DNA of 64,000 nt, from the NCBI GenBank assembly GCA_964016885.1, contig OZ024742.1, forward strand, positions 249,674,001 to 249,738,000, written 5' to 3'. Position numbers and translations under genes: made by a program. The stretch comes from Eledone cirrhosa. Its lineage: Eukaryota. Position 1 is the stretch's first letter, and every line of letters starts with the position of its first letter. Under the pieces are notes generated by a model. That model had not been told where the DNA came from. It saw nothing but the letters and a program-made list of their open reading frames with translations, and searched no databases. Of this stretch, positions 41,284-56,097 are shown piece by piece.

Positions 41284-41286
<3 letters not shown>
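40677..41286 (-). mobile_element. Family F copy 2
   Basis: Reverse complement of 35689-36296. Confidence 0.85.
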
Positions 41287-41346
<60 letters not shown>

Positions 41347-41925
41347 TATGTGTGTGAGTGTGTGTGTATGTGTGTGTGTATGTGTGTGTGTGTGTATGTG
41401 TGTTTGTTATATATTTATGTCAGCCTGTTTACCAATGGGTAGAACTGGTGGCTCAAGCTTGTAAACGATGATGCAACAAATGATTTAAAGCACCCAACGT
41501 TATATAAATCATCTATCCTAGAGGTGGTATCCAGTGGCTGGTGCAGGAACGAATTAAAATAAAAACAGAATGCTGGATTGGAAAATTTACTTTAAAATGT
41601 TAAGTCCGTTAAAGCACTATATATATTTTGATGGCCTAGCTTTATCATCCGATTATGATGCAAAGCTAGGCGATTTCATCAGGTTTTATTTGAAGAATTA
41701 TGTAACAGAATTGCGGTGAACCCAAACATAGAATACAGGATGGGGGATAGAACAAAGAATAGAAGTTAGTAATAGAAAACTCGATTCCGGGACTGTCTTT
41801 AATTCACCGAAACCGTTGTGATTCCCAGGGGTTGATTGTGGATTTGGGAGTGCCTTCTTTTCGTTGATTTTTCTATTGTCTTTGTCCTGTGGGTGGCGTT
41901 TGATTTGAATATATATATATATAAA

Positions 41926-42093
41926 ATAATTGTTTCTAAATTTGGCACAAGGCCACCAATTAACCCAGTGCATTACTGGTACTTTATTTTATCGAACCCG
42001 TAATGGTGATAGACAAAGTTAACCTTGGCTAGATTTGAACTTAGAACGTAAAGGGCCATAACTCTATGCGGCAAAGCCTAGTGTCTGACGCTC
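41926..42093 (-). mobile_element. SINE S1 copy (diverged)
   Basis: Aligns to 1897-2088. Confidence 0.8.
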
Positions 42094-42132
42094 TAATATA
42101 ATATAATAAATTGTGAGAAGAAGAGATAGGAT

Positions 42133-42189
<57 letters not shown>

Positions 42190-42191
<2 letters not shown>

Positions 42192-42378
42192 CGAAGGAAG
42201 TGTGGTAAGGAACCAGATGGACCATAACGTACCAGAGTACTCTATACTTAGGGTAGTAGAGTGGGTAATCGGAAAATGTTTAACCCCGACGGCAGAGCTC
42301 AAGCAGTTTCGACGGCTATTTGAGACCAGATATAGCCGTCGAAACCTTTGGAGCTCTGCCGTCGGAGTTAAATATTTT

Positions 42379-42380
<2 letters not shown>
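42190..42380. mobile_element. Family C copy 3
   Basis: Same long-arm/short-arm structure in (TA)n. Confidence 0.85.
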
Positions 42381-42416
<36 letters not shown>

Positions 42417-42675
42417 AAAAAATGAAATTTCATTTCTCACTCTTAGTACGGCTGATACATAAATATAAGTTTATATCCGTACATACATATATGTATACAG
42501 ACGTACAGTAGTATGTATATTCATACATACATGCACACACATATATTTATGTACGTATGTGTTTACCGAATATTTATTATAAGGCTCAGTTTGTTTGTAA
42601 ACAAACAGCCCGAATTATTAGCCGTAGAGTGTTCGGCAACCATCGTTTCCCTTTTGTTCAACACTGATAAAGGAA

Positions 42676-42716
42676 CGATGAACTAGTTTCTAGCTTATTA
42701 GCTGTCATCAGCACCG
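42676..42716 (-). ncRNA. Minimal type I hammerhead (family B)
   Basis: CGGTG-CTGATGA-C-AGCT-aata-AGCT-A-GAAA-CTAG-TT-CATCG. Confidence 0.78.
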
Positions 42717-43258
42717 TATTCCTTCCTGTCAGTCGATTGAACTTTTGAAAGTATATACTTTCCTTGTGCATATTAACGGCTCAGCAGCCTAATTTGCTTA
42801 TCGAGTGAGTTAGTCGGGCTGTTTGTTTACAAACAAACCGAGCATTATAATAAATGTTCGGTGAACCCATACGTACATATGCATATTTGTGCATGTATGT
42901 ATGTATATACATACTACTGTAAGTCTGTATACTTATATGTATGTACGTATGAATACTTATATTTAAGTATCAGCCGTACTAAGAGTGAGAAATGAAATTT
43001 CATTTTTTCCATTTATCGTTTTCGGTACGCCTGGCCGACTAACTCACTCGATATGCAAATTAGGCTACTCATCCGTTAATATGCATAAGGAAAGTATATA
43101 CTTTCAAACGTTCAATAGACTGACAGGAAAGTATACAGCTATTAAGCTAGAAACTAGTTCATTGTTCCTTTTTCAGTGTTGAACAAAAGGGCAGCGATGG
43201 TTGCCGAACATTCTACGGCTTAATTCGGGTTGTTTGTTTACAAACAAACCGGGCATTA

Positions 43259-43441
43259 TAATTGTTTCTACGTTAGGCACAAGGTCAACAATTATCCAGT
43301 GCATTACTGGTACTTTATTTTATCGACCCTGCAAGGATGAAAGGCAAAGTTAACCTTGGCGGGATTTGAACTCAGAATGGCAAGGGCCGTAACTATACAC
43401 GTCAAAGCAGGGCGTCCGACCCTCTACCAATACTGCCAATC
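43259..43441 (-). mobile_element. SINE S1 copy with probable target-site duplication
   Basis: ACAAACCG(G/A)GCATTATAAT is present on both sides. Confidence 0.85.
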
Positions 43442-43541
43442 CACAAACCGAGCATTATAATAAATGTTCGGTAAACGCATACGTACATATATATATGTGT
43501 GCATGTATGTATGCATTTACATACTACTGTACGTATATATA

Positions 43542-43612
<71 letters not shown>

Positions 43613-43654
43613 TACATAAGTATCAAAGTTATATAAATATAACAAGTATCAAAG

Positions 43655-43744
<90 letters not shown>

Positions 43745-44071
43745 TACACAAGTATCAAAGTTATGTTCAAATCATTTAATCGCTGACAATTGTTTCTTCA
43801 AAACTTTAGTTTGGAGTCAACGGAGCATTATCAATATTTGTACATATAATGAACCTCCTATTGAACTGAACAATCATATAGATATATATATATTGATGTT
43901 CTGAACAACAGTTTAGTATAACAGGGTTTAATGGATGCGACAGATATTATACGAGAATTGTACAATAATTAAAATTAAAATTAAAAGCACAGAGTGGAGT
44001 ACACGCTACAGATAATACCTTTCCTGTTTATAGTTATTTATAGTATAATATATACATAACTATAAATAGTA

Positions 44072-44282
<211 letters not shown>

Positions 44283-44667
44283 TAGAGAGAGAGAGAAGGG
44301 GGGTAGAAAGAAAGAGAGAGAGTGTGTGTGGAGGAATGAATAGAGAATGAATTGGCATAGACAAGTGATGAGATGGAGGGAGGGTTGGCTTAGGTAACTT
44401 TGTATAGATATATATTTGAAGTGAAATCATTCATGTCATAATATTTGTAAGGGTTTATATGCATTTGTATATATGCATACATACAGACATACATATATAT
44501 ATATGTGTGTGTGTGTGTGCGTGTGTCTGTGTGTGTGTGTATATTATTTAAGAAAAAAATACATTGTTCTCTTACATACACACTCACCCACTCTCTTCAC
44601 CCCTACATTTCTTTCTCTCTCTCTCTCTCATTCTTTCTCTCTCTCTCTCTCACTCTTTATCTATCTT

Positions 44668-44708
<41 letters not shown>

Positions 44709-44711
44709 CTT

Positions 44712-44802
<91 letters not shown>

Positions 44803-44868
44803 TTAAAAAAATAGAGGTGTGACACACTAGTTGTGATATATTAGTAAAAAGGAAAAGAAAATGGTGAT

Positions 44869-45157
44869 AAAATTTTCCGGGGATAAAATAGTTTAATTAA
44901 GAATTATTATAAATTAGTAATAAGTATTAGTTAGTATTCAGTTTTTAGTTTTAAGTTTTTACCGGTTGCGCATTTGTTATACTTAAAAATCACGAGCACT
45001 CTATCTCAAAATTATTTTTGAAAAGCATAAGAAATGCGAAACCGGTAAAAATTTAAAACTAAAACTGAATTTAAAACTTTTTAAAAAAATTTAAAACTAA
45101 TACTTATTACTAATTTATACTTATTCCTAATTAAACTATTTTTCACTGGGAAAATTT
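44869..45157. mobile_element. Family D-related fold-back element
   Basis: Imperfect arms. It shares TTTTGAAAAGCATAAGAA..GAAACCGGTAAA with 26051-26279. Confidence 0.72.
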
Positions 45158-45185
45158 GTCAGCATTTTCTTTTCCTTTTTATTTA

Positions 45186-45246
<61 letters not shown>

Positions 45247-45269
45247 ATATATATATATATATATATATA

Positions 45270-45453
45270 GGAAAAAGTATGACCCCGACGGCAGAGGTCA
45301 AGCCGTTTCTACCGCTATTCCTGGACCTGCCGTCGAAACGGGTTGAGCTCTGCCATCGGGGTCATACTTTTTCCTATTACCCACTCTACTACCCTAAGTA
45401 TTGACTACTCTGGTGCGTTATGGTCCATCTGGTTCCTTACCACAATTCCTTCG

Positions 45454-45455
<2 letters not shown>
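45270..45455. mobile_element. Family C copy 4
   Basis: Same structure, more diverged, in (TA)n. Confidence 0.82.
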
Positions 45456-45525
<70 letters not shown>

Positions 45526-45754
45526 TTCTCTATCTTTATCAATGTCCGTGTGTGTGTGCGGCTGTTCATGTTAGTAGGAGGAGTATCTGTTTGTATGTAT
45601 GTAGCTCCCCATGCACAAGCGATCTTCAAAAGTGGGTGTGTTATGTCATACACCAGAGACTGAAGCGTGACAAAGTTTACAATGATAATTCTACACAAGG
45701 AAATAATCTTCAACTTGACAGACATCTGCCTTCTATTCAAACCCATAAACACAT

Positions 45755-46350
45755 CCGTACATATATACATACTTACAAATTTACATGCATACATAAGTAT
45801 ATACATACATACATATATACATATATACATAGATACATACATACATGCATACTTACAAATATGCATGCATACATACGTATATACATACATACATACTTAC
45901 ATATACATACATACATACTTACAAATATACATGCATACATACGTATATACATACATACATATATACATACATACATAGATACATACGTACATACATACAT
46001 ACTTACAAAAATACATGCATACATACGTATATACATACATACACATATAATATATACATAGATAAATACGTACATACATACATACTTACACAAATACATG
46101 CATACATACGTATATACATACATACACATATAATATATACATAGATACATACGTACATACATACATACTTACATATATACATGCATACATACGTATATAC
46201 ATATATACATAGATACATACGTACATATATACATACTTACAAATATACATGCATACATACGTATATACATACATACATATATACATATATACATAGATAC
46301 ATACGTACATCCATCCATACATACATATATACATATATACATACATACAT
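45755..46350. repeat. CATA-based compound minisatellite
   Basis: Recurrent ACATACTTACAAATATACATGCATACATACGTAT blocks. Confidence 0.8.
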
Positions 46351-46369
46351 GCATAAGTATGTACGTTGT

Positions 46370-46401
<32 letters not shown>

Positions 46402-46757
46402 AGTGTATGTGTGTGTGTGTGTGTGCGTGTGTATGTGTGTGTGTGTGGCTGGGTGTTTTTTTTATGTTTTTACAGACGGTTGAATTTTTAGCGAGTGTTT
46501 TTTTTATTAATATTTTGTTCTGGCAGAAATTACAAACTAAACCACTGTATTTACATCATTTCATATATTTTACATTGCTACGTTGAAGTATAAGTTGTAA
46601 ATATTATGTATTAAAACAGTCTATATTATATAGAGCTTGAAGCGATGTATGGACACTCTCATATAAACGCATACGTACATACTCATATCACATATACATA
46701 CATTTATATATATATATACATACATTGACATACGTATATGCATATATATATATTTAT

Positions 46758-46788
<31 letters not shown>

Positions 46789-46930
46789 CACACATATATA
46801 TATATGTTCAGTAGAAGTTGTTTTCGTAAAACAGGCGTAAGCAGGAGAAAGCTCTCTACATTCGTAATGTGTAGTTAGAATGTAGATTCAGTATGAGAAT
46901 AACATTAAGAGAATGGTGATACACACACAC

Positions 46931-47250
<320 letters not shown>

Positions 47251-47355
47251 CTATATATATATATATATATATATTGAAATTTCCCGTTGCCATGACGTGT
47301 TTGTACATATGTGCGTTTGTGTGTGTGTGTGTGTGAGTGTGTGTGTGTGTGTGTA

Positions 47356-47455
<100 letters not shown>

Positions 47456-47719
47456 ATGGACCATATGATCAGTGTGCATATATATGTGCTTTTGTGTCTG
47501 TGTACAAATAAAGTGTATACGACTATGTGCATTTGATAGTGTGTATATGTAGGCGTATTAAATGTTAAGAGATTGTCTGGTAATGTTATCTACATCATAC
47601 ACCTCTCTTTACAGCTACTAACGTTGCATTGAGCTATAATACAAACGACATCTTCTAGAACAGGAAAAACTCTAGGGCCAACATTAATAATATCCCAGGT
47701 ATAACTTCAACAGTAATGT

Positions 47720-47920
47720 TTTCTGATTTAGGATCAAGTCCAATAATTTAGGAGGATTGGATAGTCAATTATAGCTACATCAGTGCCTTGCTCTTACTTT
47801 GTTTTATTGACCCCGAAAGGATGAATGGCAAAATTGGCCTCGGTGGGATATGAAATCAGAATGCAAAAGACTGTAACTCTATGCTACCGACACTCTACCA
47901 ATACTGGCAATCGTCTGCCC
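47720..47920 (-). mobile_element. Old SINE S1 relative
   Basis: GACCCCGAAAGGATGAATGGCAAA core and a decayed head. Confidence 0.7.
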
Positions 47921-48069
47921 TAACATTAACAGCTATGATGTTTTCTGATTTAGGCACAATGCGAAGAATTTAAGGAGGTGGGGAAAATCTATAAAATTGA
48001 CTCCGTAAGAGGCTTTGCGTTTCATCCTTAAGGGGTCGATAACAGCAAGAGTAATACTAAAATCAACCT

Positions 48070-51000
48070 TAATAACAATAATAACAACAAGAACAACTAT
48101 AACGAAGGCAATATAATAGTCTGATGGACATTAAAATAAACAGCAACAACGATAACAACAACATCATTAACAGTGACATTACCATTAGCTGAAACATTAG
48201 TAAGATAGACATTATCAACAACAGTAAAACAACAACAACAATAACAGAGAAACGACAGTAGAAACAGCAGTAACCACAGTAAAAGAAGTAACAACACAAC
48301 AAGAGTAGCAACAATAATATAAACAGTAACAGCAGTAACAGCAGGAACAACAGCAGCAACAATATTAAACACAGTAACAGCAGTAACAGCAGTAACCACA
48401 GTAGCAACAAGATTAAAAACAGTAACAGCAGTAACGACGGTCACAACAGTAACAGCAGTAACAACAATAACAACAGTAGCAACAACATTAAAAACGGTAA
48501 CAGAAGAAACAACAGGACAACAGTAGCAACAACATTAAAAACAGTAACAGCAGTAACAGCAGTAACAACAGTAACAACAGTAACAACAACATTAAAAACA
48601 GTAACAGCAGTAACAGCAACATTAAAAACAGTAACAGCAGTAACACCAGTAACAACAGTAACAACAGTAACAACAGTAACAACAACAGTAACAACAACAA
48701 CAGTAACAACAGTAACAACAACAGTAACAACAGTAACAACAGTAACAACAGTAACAGCAGTAACAACAGTAACAACAACAACAACAGTAACAACAACAAC
48801 AGTAACGACAGTAACAACAGTAACAACAGTAACAGCAGTAACAACAGTAACAACAACAGTAACAACAGTAACAACAACAGTAACAACAGTAACAACAGTA
48901 ACAACAGTAACAACAGTAACAGCAGTAACAACAACAGTAACAACAGTAACAACAACAGTAACAACAGTAACAACAGTAACAGCAGTAACAACAGTAACAA
49001 CAACAACAGTAACAACAGTAACAACAGTAACAACAACATTAAAAACAGTAACAACAGTAACAACAACAGTAACAACAACAACAGTAACAACAGTAACAAC
49101 AACAGTAACAACAGCAGTAACAACAGTAACAACAACAGTAACAACAACAGTAACAACAGTAACAACACCAGTAACAACAGTAACAACAACGGTAACAACA
49201 ACAGTAACAACAGTAACAACAACAGTAACAAAAGTAACAACAACAGTAACAACAGTAACAACAGTAACAACAGTAACAAGAGTAACAACAGAAACAACAA
49301 CAACAGTAACAACAGTAACAACAGTAACAACAACAACAGTAACAACAGTAACAACAGTAACAACAGTAACAACAGTAACAACAATAACAGTAACAACAGT
49401 AACAACAGTAACAACAGTAACAACAGTAACAACAACAACAGTAACAACAGTAACAACAGTAACAACAGTAACAACAACAACAGTAACAACAGTAACAACA
49501 GTAACAACAACAACAGTAACAACAGTGACAACAACAACAGTAACAACAGTAACAACAGTAACAACAACAACAGTAACAACAGTAACAACAGTAACAACAG
49601 TAACAACAACAACAGTAACAACAGTAACAACAGTAACAACAGTAAGAACAGTAACAACAACAACAGTAACAGCAGTAACAACAGTAACAACAGTAACAAC
49701 AGTAACAACAGTAACAACAGTAACAACAGAAACAACAACAACAGTAACAACAGTAACAACAACAACAGTAACAACAGTAACAACAACAACAGTAACAACA
49801 GTAACAACAACAACAGTAACAACAGTAACAACAGTAACAACAGTAACAACAACAACAACAGTAACAACAGTAACAACAGTAACAGCAGTAACAACAGTAA
49901 CAACAACAGTAACAACAGTAACAACAGTAACAACAGTAACAACAGTAACAACAGTAACAACAACAACAGTAACAACAGTAACAACAGTAACAGCAGTAAC
50001 AACAGTAACAACAACAGTAACAACAGTAACAACAGTAACAACAGTAACAACAACAGTAACAACAGTAACAACAGTAACAACAACAGTAACAACAGTAACA
50101 ACAGTAACAACAACAACAGTAACAACAGTAACAACAGTAACAACAGTAACAACAGTAACAACAGTAACAACAACAGTAACAACAGTAACAACAGTAACAA
50201 CAACAACAGTAACAGCAGTAACAACAGTAACAACAACAGTAACAACAGTAACAACAGTAACAACAACAGTAACAACAGTAACAACAGTAACAACAACAGT
50301 AACAATAGTAACAACAGTAACAACAACAACAGTAACAACAGTAACAACAGTAACAACAGTAACAACAGTAACAACAGTAACAACAACAGTAACAACAGTA
50401 ACAACAGTAACAACAGTAACAACAGTAACAACAACAGTAACAACAGTAACAACAGTAACAACAGTAACAACAACAGTAACAACAGTAACAACAGTAACAA
50501 CAGTAACAACAGTAACAACAGTAACAACAGTAACAACAGTAACAACAACAACAGTAACAACAGTAACAACAGTAACAACAGTAACAACAACAGTAACAAC
50601 AGTAACAACAGTAACAACAACAACAGTAACAACAGTAACAACAGTAACAACAGTAACAACAATAACAACATTAACAACAGTAACAACAGTAACAACAACG
50701 GTAACAACAGTAACAACAGTAACAACAACAGTAACAACAGTAACAACAGTAACAACAGTAACAACAGTAACAACAGCAACAACAGTAACAACAACAGTAG
50801 CAACAGTAACAACAACAGTAACAACAGTAACAACAGTAACAACAGTAACAACAGTAACAACAACAACAGTAACAACAGTAACAACAGTAACAACAGTAAC
50901 AACAGTAACAACAGTAACAACAACAGCAACAAAAGTAACAACAGTAACAACAGTAACAACAACAACAGTAACAACAGTAACAACAGTAACAACAGTAACA

Positions 51001-52240
51001 ACAGTAACAACAACAGTAACAACAGTAACAACAGTAACAACAGTAACAACAGTAACAACAACAGTAACAACAGTAACAACAGTAACAACAACAGTAACAA
51101 CAGTAACAACAGTAACAACAACAGTAACATCAGTAACAACAGTAACAACAGTAACAACAGTAACAACAACAGTAACAACAGTAACAACAGTAACAACAGT
51201 AACAACAACAGTAACAACAATAACAACAGTAACAACAGTAACAACAACAGTAACAACAGTAACAACAGTAACAACAGTAACAACAACAACAGTAACAACA
51301 GTAACAACAGTAACAACAGTAACAACAACAGTAACAACAGTAACAACAGTAACAACAACAGTAACAACAGTAACAACAGTAACAACAGTAACAACAGTAA
51401 CAACAGTAACAACAACAGTAACAACAGTAACAACAGTAACAACAACAACAGTAACAACTGTAACAACAGTAACAACAGTAACAACAGTAACAACAGTAAC
51501 AACAGTAACAACAACAACTGTAACAACAGTAACAACAGTAACAACAGTAACAACAGTAACAACAACAGTAACAACAGTAACAACAGTAAAAACAACAGTA
51601 ACAACAGTAACAACAGTAACAACAGTAACAACAGTAACAACAGTAACAACAGTAACAACAGTAACAACAGTAACAACAGTAACAACAACAGTAACAACAG
51701 TAACAACAGTAACAACAGTAACAACAACAGTAACAACAGTAACAACAACAACAGTAACAACAGTAACAACAGTAACAACAGTAACAACAACAGTAACAAC
51801 AGTAACAACAGTAACAACAGTAACAACAGTAACAACAGTAACAACAACAGTAACAACAGTAACAACAACAGTAACAACAGTAACAACAGTAACAACAACA
51901 GTAACAACAGTAACAACAACAGTAACAACAGTAACAACAGTAACAACAGTAACAACAGTAACAACAGTAACAACAGTAACAACAACATTAAAAACAGTAA
52001 CAACAGTAACAACAGTAACAACAGTAACAACAGTATCATCAGCAACAAAAGTAACCACCACAATAACAATAACAACAATATCAGCAACAAGAGTAACCAT
52101 ATTAACAACAGCAACAATAATAACAACAGCAACAACTATATCAATAACAGTAAAACAATCGCAACAACAACGTTACACCAGTAACAACAGTAAAAACCGG
52201 AACAATAACAACAACAACATCAATAACAACAACAGAAAGT
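48070..52240. repeat. ~4-kb (ACA)n/GTA triplet satellite
   Basis: GTA(ACA)2-5 units with a homogeneous core and degenerate edges. Confidence 0.95.
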
Positions 52241-52479
52241 ACATTTTAGCATTAACAACAGAAAAACAACGAAAATATGGAACTAAATTAGGAGAAAAGC
52301 AAATATTAAAACAATGAAATGTATACAAAAACTAAAGAATTATATTTATTGACACATCTTCCGATGATAACCCCTATTGTGTGACATTTGTCCTGAATAT
52401 ATGTAACATCTTTTGGTTTCCTTATTGATATATTATTTAGTGTGTGTTTTGGACGCAAAGGGCGGTGGGGTTTACATAT

Positions 52480-52842
52480 GTTTCGTTGCTGTTGTTGCTG
52501 TTGTTGGTGGTGGTGGTGGTTGTGGTGTTTGGGGTGTTTGTGTTGATGTTGTTTCCCTTTGTTTTTGATATTTATAATGTTGTTGTTGATGTTGATATTT
52601 TTGATATTGTTGAAGTTGTTGTTGATGACTTTGTTGTTGTTGACGTTGTTGTTGTTGATGATATTGTTGCTGGTGTTGTTGAGGATCTTCGAGACCTTGT
52701 ATTTGATGTTTATGATCATGTTCTTGTTGTAGTGGTTGTGGTTGTTGCAGTTGTTGTTGTAGTTGCTTGTGATATTGGTTATGCTGTTGGTGGTGACGGT
52801 GGTTGCAACAATGATGGAAATGATGATGGATGGTAATTATGA

Positions 52843-52879
<37 letters not shown>

Positions 52880-52970
52880 AATGATGATGATGATTATGAT
52901 GATGATGAAGAAGAAGAAGAAAAAGATGAAGCGGACGAAGAACAGAACGAGGGTGAGGATGACGATGAGT

Positions 52971-53003
<33 letters not shown>

Positions 53004-53110
53004 GTGATGATGATGGTGATGATGATGGTGATAAAGACGACGAGGTCGACGAGAATGACGATGACGACGATGATGATGATGAAGATGATGATGATGCTGA
53101 TGATAATGCT
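52480..53110. repeat. GTT/GAT/GAC trinucleotide low-complexity tract
   Basis: Seen directly in the sequence. Confidence 0.85.
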
Positions 53111-53399
53111 GTTTGTCTGTTTATCTAGTTTAGGGGTTTAGGAAGTAGAAATCAGCGAGAAAAAACATGTCAGTAGGAAGGAATTGGAGTCAGGTACCAT
53201 GACACGACGCTCTGTTGAGTTTATATTTGATATAAACAGGACTGTAGTTTGTCTTAGTGACTCGCTGTTTGGCGCAGGGGGCCCGTGGCAAAAGGGATCG
53301 TTGAACAAAGGATATTGATGCTCGCTTGGGAATTTATTAATGTTTGTTGGACAGTGTCAGGTAGTAAAAGGAAAAAATGTTGCAACAAAGGGATTATTT

Positions 53400-53467
<68 letters not shown>

Positions 53468-53504
53468 CACCGATTCTGTGTTTAAACTTTAATCTGTTAT
53501 TTTA

Positions 53505-53553
<49 letters not shown>

Positions 53554-53666
53554 GATACACAGGCACACACACTCCAACATATACACACACATACACACAC
53601 ATATACACACACACACACATACACACATATACACACACATATATGTATATAGATATATACCTACAC

Positions 53667-53737
<71 letters not shown>

Positions 53738-53884
53738 TTAAAAGTTAAACAAGGTTCAATGAAGAAATCAAAGAGTGAGTTTTACAATAGATTGGAAGCA
53801 CTCAACGGGAAAGAAAAAGGTTTTCCAGAGTTATTAATATTGATTCAAAATATTAACAAAATAGATATTCTTGTGATCAAGTAT

Positions 53885-53949
53885 ATTTTATTATACATAT
53901 TTCAGAGGTACTGAGTTAATTTCAACAGTATGTCCTCATCAGATAAAAT
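53885..53949 (-). ncRNA. Type I hammerhead (left arm)
   Basis: ATTTTAT-CTGATGA-ggacatact..agtacctct-GAAA-TATGTA-TA-ATAAAAT. Confidence 0.72.
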
Positions 53950-54159
53950 AAGATGATGCATGACATACCCTGACAATAGAGAAGGTGCGTGCGAGACAGC
54001 TTAAAAAAATACTTGGCACCCTCTCTATTGTATGTATTATATATTTTTCTCATGTTCTCAATATTAAGGTATATAAATATTGAGTTTTGTCATATATTAC
54101 TCACTACCATGACTAAATCTTAACCATCTACTATGTCAGGGTATGTCATGCATCATCTT

Positions 54160-54224
54160 ATTTCATCTGATGAGGACGTACTCTTGAAGTTAACTCAGTA
54201 CCTCTGAAATATGTATAATAAAAT
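54160..54224 (+). ncRNA. Type I hammerhead (right arm)
   Basis: atttcat-CTGATGA-GGACGTACT..AGTACCTCT-GAAA-TATGTA-TA-ataaaat. Confidence 0.75.
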
Positions 54225-54265
54225 ATACTTGATCACAAGAATATCTATTTTGTTAATATTTTGAA

Positions 54266-54461
<196 letters not shown>

Positions 54462-55879
54462 AACATATATATATGTATGTATACATATGTAAATATTGAT
54501 ATGTTTGTGGGTGTCTGTGTGTATGTGTATGTGTGCTTGTATATGTGTGTGTCTGCGTGTGGGTAAGTTGTGTATGAGATAATATATATCTGGAAATGTT
54601 TCCTTTTAAAACACTACTTCACTCAGCTTGAATCAAACACCACTTAACTGAGTTTGAATAAAAACAATTTAGTTGAATATGTTTAGATCAGTACCTTACT
54701 GAATGTGGATTATCATCTATAGTTAGAATCAAATGCCTGATCATTTCGTATGTCCCCATCACTTTCACTTTAAATAAGCACCATAGTTTTGCTTGATCTA
54801 TCCACGCCCTGCAATAATCAGTAGGACTGTGTATATGACAAATGTTTAATGATGTTGCATACAACATTTACCCACATGTATTAAAGAACACATAAAATGT
54901 GCCATGTTACCGCAACATACATACTGGTTACCTGCTTTTAAATGGCGGTATTTAGTACCGTGGTGAATGGATTTACCTAAATAGACAGAATTGATAAAAC
55001 TATTGCATCATTAAGTATGAATTTTGTAGTGAGGCATTAACAAACTTTGTTTTTTCTACAAATGTCATACTTGACGACCCAATACTTTATTGAAAGTTAT
55101 TTCAAAACTTAACATTAAAAATGTGAACAAAAGTAAACCGAACACACCTGCTATTTTATTGCTTATGTTCGTTGTCAACATGGAGCTAAGATTTTATATA
55201 TGTCATAGAATTATGAAACACACTTTATATAAAAAGGTCAACAATTATATTCCACAAAACAAATTTTCTGTACTGTTTTTTTTCTTTATTTCCGCGTGTG
55301 TGTGTAGGTGTGTGTGATAATTCATTATTGTATTATATCTCACAGTTGTTGATGTAGTTTTTCTTAAGCTAGATTTTTATGCTCTGGTCGATTTTCAGCA
55401 TTGTAGACTAGATACGAAGTTAAGTGCACAATAAAACTGACTGTACCTGTAATCCACAGAACCGACAGTATACCACATTGTGTTCACGTAATAACGTTAA
55501 AGAGTAGGCGTGGCTGTGAAATATTCAGTATTTATACTAGAATAATTACGGAATTAAGCCTTTCCAGTCAATGAACAATTAGAACAGACATCATTGAATC
55601 CAATTGATGACCATGTTTAGTTTATATGTATTTAGAATAAAGATTATGCCTAATTCATCAACAGCAAACGATTCGAGACAAGGACGGGGGATCCTTTACG
55701 GGGTATCTGAAATTACTTGTCATAGAAACTCTAAACAAAGACAAAGTTTGGAGTTAACGGGACTTAATTGCAGCTGCCTGTTTCTTTTCTGTCTTCAAAG
55801 GTATTTCACACAAACTACTGTAGTATTGTTATAGTCATTTGCGTTAGGACGCATATATGTATATATGTGTGTATATATT

Positions 55880-56015
<136 letters not shown>

Positions 56016-56045
56016 TGTGTGTGTTTGTGTTGGTGTGTGTGTGTA

Positions 56046-56096
<51 letters not shown>

Positions 56097-56097
<1 letters not shown>

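Larger units (their letters stand above)
42414..43540. mobile_element. Family B head-to-head locus with a nested SINE
   Basis: Minus arm 42414-42816 and plus arm from ~42814. SINE S1 is inserted at 43259-43441. Confidence 0.82.

Noticed and set aside
48441-52100. CRISPR-like or telomeric array
   Set aside because: There are no unique spacers, the context is eukaryotic, and the unit is not a TTAGGG-type repeat.
52763-53141. Asp/Glu-rich ORF resembling an acidic protein
   Set aside because: It is a GAT/GAC/GAA triplet tract with no supporting gene structure.
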